A program made the position numbers and the translations under genes. The notes under the pieces are model-generated. The model did not search any database. It saw only the letters and a list, made by a program, of their open reading frames with translations, and was not told the origin of the DNA. Of a DNA stretch of 64,000 bases, positions 60,902-64,000 are shown one piece after another. Numbering within the stretch: the stretch's first letter is position 1; each line of letters begins with the position of its first letter. The DNA is taken from positions 33,370 to 97,369 of the forward strand of contig CAVWIH010000010.1 of NCBI GenBank assembly GCA_963755025.1, given 5' to 3'. This DNA is from an uncultured Actinomycetes bacterium. GTDB lineage: Bacteria > Actinomycetota > Thermoleophilia > UBA2241.

Positions 60902-62310
60902 TTAGTGCTTGGCCTCGCTTGCCTGGGCGACGGCCTGCGAGCGCGGCCGCGGCAGCTTGCGCAGCGACTCGACGAACGACTGGTTGGCCTTGTTCTTGCG
61001 CCAGGTGCGCACGATCCACCAGCCCCAGGTCTGGAACAGCAGCTTGGTGAAGCGGAAGGTGAAGAAGTACTTGGCCCACTGCTTGAGCGAGTAGAACTTC
61101 ATGTAGCCGCGCAGGGCTTCGCGCTGCAGCTCGTAGGGGGTCATGTTCTTGGGCTCGAACACCACGTGCTGGGCGTCGTAGAGGTACCAGTTCTTCTCGA
61201 AGATGCGTCCCGCGGCGTTGAGCTCCTCGAAGAGCGGCGTGCCGGGCAGCGGCGTGAGCGCGGCGAGCTGGATGGTGTCGATGTGGTTCTTCATGGCGAA
61301 CTTGACGGTCTCGCGCACCGACTGGATGGTGTCGGTGTCGGCGCCCAGCACGAACATGCCGTGCGACTCGATGCCGTGCTCGTGGAGAATGCGGATGGCC
61401 TGCACGATGTCGTCGACGCTCTGGTGCTTGTCGAAGGCGTCGAGCGTCTCCTGGTTGACCGACTCGAGGCCGAGGTAGGCGCGGAAACAGCCGGTGCGGT
61501 GCATGAGGTCGAGCAGCTCGGGGTCGCGCACGACGTCGGTGCGCATCTGGGCCGACCAGGGCACGACGATGTCTTCGTCGAGCATGAGCTGGCAGAGCTC
61601 CTTGAGGCGCTTCTTGTCGGCGGCGATGTTGTCGTCGTAGAAGAAGATCTTGCGCGGCTTGCGCTGCTTGAGCTCGGCGATGATGTTCTCGGCGCTGCGG
61701 AAGCGGTACTTGCGGCCGAACATGGCCGTGACCGAGCAGAAGTTGCAGTGGAAGGGGCAGCCCCAGCTCGTCATGATCGGCATCGTCTTGATGTTCTCGT
61801 AGCCCTGGATGAGCTCGAGAGTCGGGGAACGGCAGCTCGTCGAGCACGGTGCACTGGCCGCGCGCTTCGTTGTGCACGGTGTGCCCGTCGCGGTTGAACG
61901 ACAGGCCCTTGATGTCGTCGAACGGAGCGCCCGACTCGAGCGCCGCGATGAGCTCGAGCATGAGCTGCTCGCCGCCCTCGCCGCGGGCCACGAAGTCGGC
62001 GTGCTCGAGGGCTTCGTCGGCCATGAAGGTGACGTGCGAGCCGCCCATGATGACCGGGATGCCGCGCTCGCGGCAGTCGTCGGCGAAGCGGTAGCCTTCG
62101 GTGGCCGTCGAGGTGGTCGTGGAGATGCCTACCAGATCGGCTGCGTTGACGTCGTTCCAGTCGATCGGCGAGATGTTGGAGTTGTAGATGTTGACGTCGT
62201 GGCCGGCCGCCTTGAGGGTGGCGCCGATGATCGGCAATCCGAGCCGCGGCAACTGGATCATGCTGAAGATGTTCATGTCGGGCGGTTGGCTCGATCATGC
62301 GTATTCTCAT
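60902..62310 (-). CDS. B12-binding-domain radical SAM protein (frameshifted copy)
   Basis: LVGIST, IMGGSHVT, VARGEG, TSWGCPFHCNFC, FFYDDN, LGLES, GMFVLGAD, LTPLPGTPL. Confidence 0.9.
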
Positions 62311-63970
62311 ACTCACCTCAACTGCCCTGGAGGGCTACCGGCGACGCCTGCGCGAACTCGCGCGGCGGGGGGACAATGGTCGGGACGTGAATCGATCAAC
62401 GCTACTGCACAGGTAGCTCGCGAAGTCAAAACACGTGCTCGAGCTCTGGGCTCGCGCGGCGGGGCTACAGGAGGTGGATCGAGGGGCGTAGGCGCCGCCG
62501 CGCGAGCCCAGACTCGAGCACGCGTTTTGACTTGGAGCGTACCGGTGCGGTAGCGTGGATTGATTCACGTCCGACCATATGTCCCCCCGCCGCGCGTGTT
62601 CGCGCAGGCGTCGCCAGAAGCCCGCAGGGCAGTTGAGGTGAGTATGAGAATACGCATGATCGAGCCCGAACCGCCCGACATGAACGTCTTCAGCATGATC
62701 CAGTTGCCGCGGCTCGGATTGCCGATAATCGGCGCCACCCTTAAGGCGGCCGGCCACAACGTCAAGATCTACAACTCCAACATCTCGCCGATCGACTGGA
62801 ACGACGTCAACGCAGCCGATCTGGTAGGCATCTCCACGACCACCTCGACGGCCACCGAAGGCTACCGCTTCGCCGACGACTGCCGCGAGCGCGGCATCCC
62901 GGTCATCATGGGCGGCTCGCACGTCACCTTCATGGCCGACGAAGCCCTCGAGCACGCCGACTTCGTGGCGCGCGGCGAGGGCGGCGAGCAGCTCATGCTC
63001 GAGCTCATCGCGGCCCTCGAGTCGGGCGCTCCGTTCGACGACATCAAGGGCCTGTCGTTCAACCGCGACGGGCACACCGTGCACAACGAAGCGCGCGGCC
63101 AGTGCACCGTGCTCGACGAGCTGCCGTTCCCCGATCTCGAGCTCATCCAGGGCTATGAGAACATCAAGACGATGCCGATCATGACGAGCTGGGGCTGCCC
63201 CTTCCACTGCAACTTCTGCTCGGTCACGGCCATGTTCGGGCGCAAGTACCGCTTCCGCAGCGCCGAGAACATCATCGCCGAGCTCAAGCAGCGCAAGCCG
63301 CGCAAGATCTTCTTTTACGACGACAACATCGCCGCCGACAAGAAGCGCCTCAAGGAGCTCTGCCAGCTCATGCTCGACGAAGACATCGTCGTGCCCTGGT
63401 CAGCCCAGATGCGCACCGACGTCGTGCGCGACCCCGAGCTGCTCGACCTCATGCACCGCACCGGCTGCTTCCGCGCCTACCTCGGCCTCGAGTCGGTCAA
63501 CCAGGAGACGCTCGACGCCTTCGACAAGCACCAGAGCGTCGACGACATCGTGCAGGCCATCCGCATTCTCCACGAGCACGGCATCGAGTCGCACGGCATG
63601 TTCGTGCTGGGCGCCGACACCGACACCATCCAGTCGGTGCGCGAGACCGTCAAGTTCGCCATGAAGAACCACATCGACACCATCCAGCTCGCCGCGCTCA
63701 CGCCGCTGCCCGGCACGCCGCTCTTCGAGGAGCTCAACGCCGCGGGACGCATCTTCGAGAAGAACTGGTACCTCTACGACGCCCAGCACGTGGTGTTCGA
63801 GCCCAAGAACATGACCCCCTACGAGCTGCAGCGCGAAGCCCTGCGCGGCTACATGAAGTTCTACTCGCTCAAGCAGTGGGCCAAGTACTTCTTCACCTTC
63901 CGCTTCACCAAGCTGTGTTCCAGACCTGGGGCTGGTGGATCGTGCGCACCTGGCGCAAGAACAAGGCCAA
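60985..63970. repeat. ~1.5-kb inverted repeat / fold-back centred at ~62480
   Basis: 62500-63970 is the reverse complement of ~60985-62465, with only a ~20-nt unpaired centre. Confidence 0.92.
62644..63970 (+). CDS. Inverted second copy of the B12-binding radical SAM gene (3'-truncated)
   Basis: MRIRMIEPEPPDMNVFSMIQLPRLG... is near-identical to 60902..62310 and open until ~63915; probably the same locus read twice. Confidence 0.6.
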
Positions 63971-64000
63971 AAGCATCGCTGGTCAAATCAAGCGATACAT

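Noticed and set aside
1-64000. Full reassignment of TAG to Pyl
   Set aside because: Many conserved proteins end exactly at a TAG (fhs, tldD, pilT, corrinoid protein).

Overview
High-GC bacterial chromosome segment, probably an anaerobic actinobacterial-type lineage. This is inferred from leaderless TGn-TAnnnT promoters, a CwlM-like amidase and TreT/OtsA. It looks like one noisy long read: many 1-2 nt indels split even essential genes, and the last ~3 kb is a fold-back with an adapter-like tail. The central feature is a complete bacterial-type pyrrolysine (Pyl, amber-decoding) system: pylB-pylC-pylD, pylT (tRNA-Pyl, CUA), pylSn, and a displaced opposite-strand pylSc. Nearby are a methylamine-type corrinoid protein and a C1 cluster (fhs-fchA-folD-nuoE/F-like). 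No Pyl-containing methylamine methyltransferase is in the window. Three unusual amber (TAG) placements are visible instead: (1) the amidase TAG is in frame with, and 6 codons upstream of, a pylSc start that lacks an obvious RBS; (2) cysS carries an in-frame TAG inside its conserved C-terminal domain; (3) the fchA TAG is in frame with a FolD that lacks its cyclohydrolase residues. These could reflect amber-readthrough regulation, but each needs confirmation because of read noise. The rest is housekeeping: argS, gatCAB, gltX-cysS-rlmB-NYN-sigH, tldD/pmbA, pyrE, uppP, pilT, trehalose genes and tRNA-Gly.
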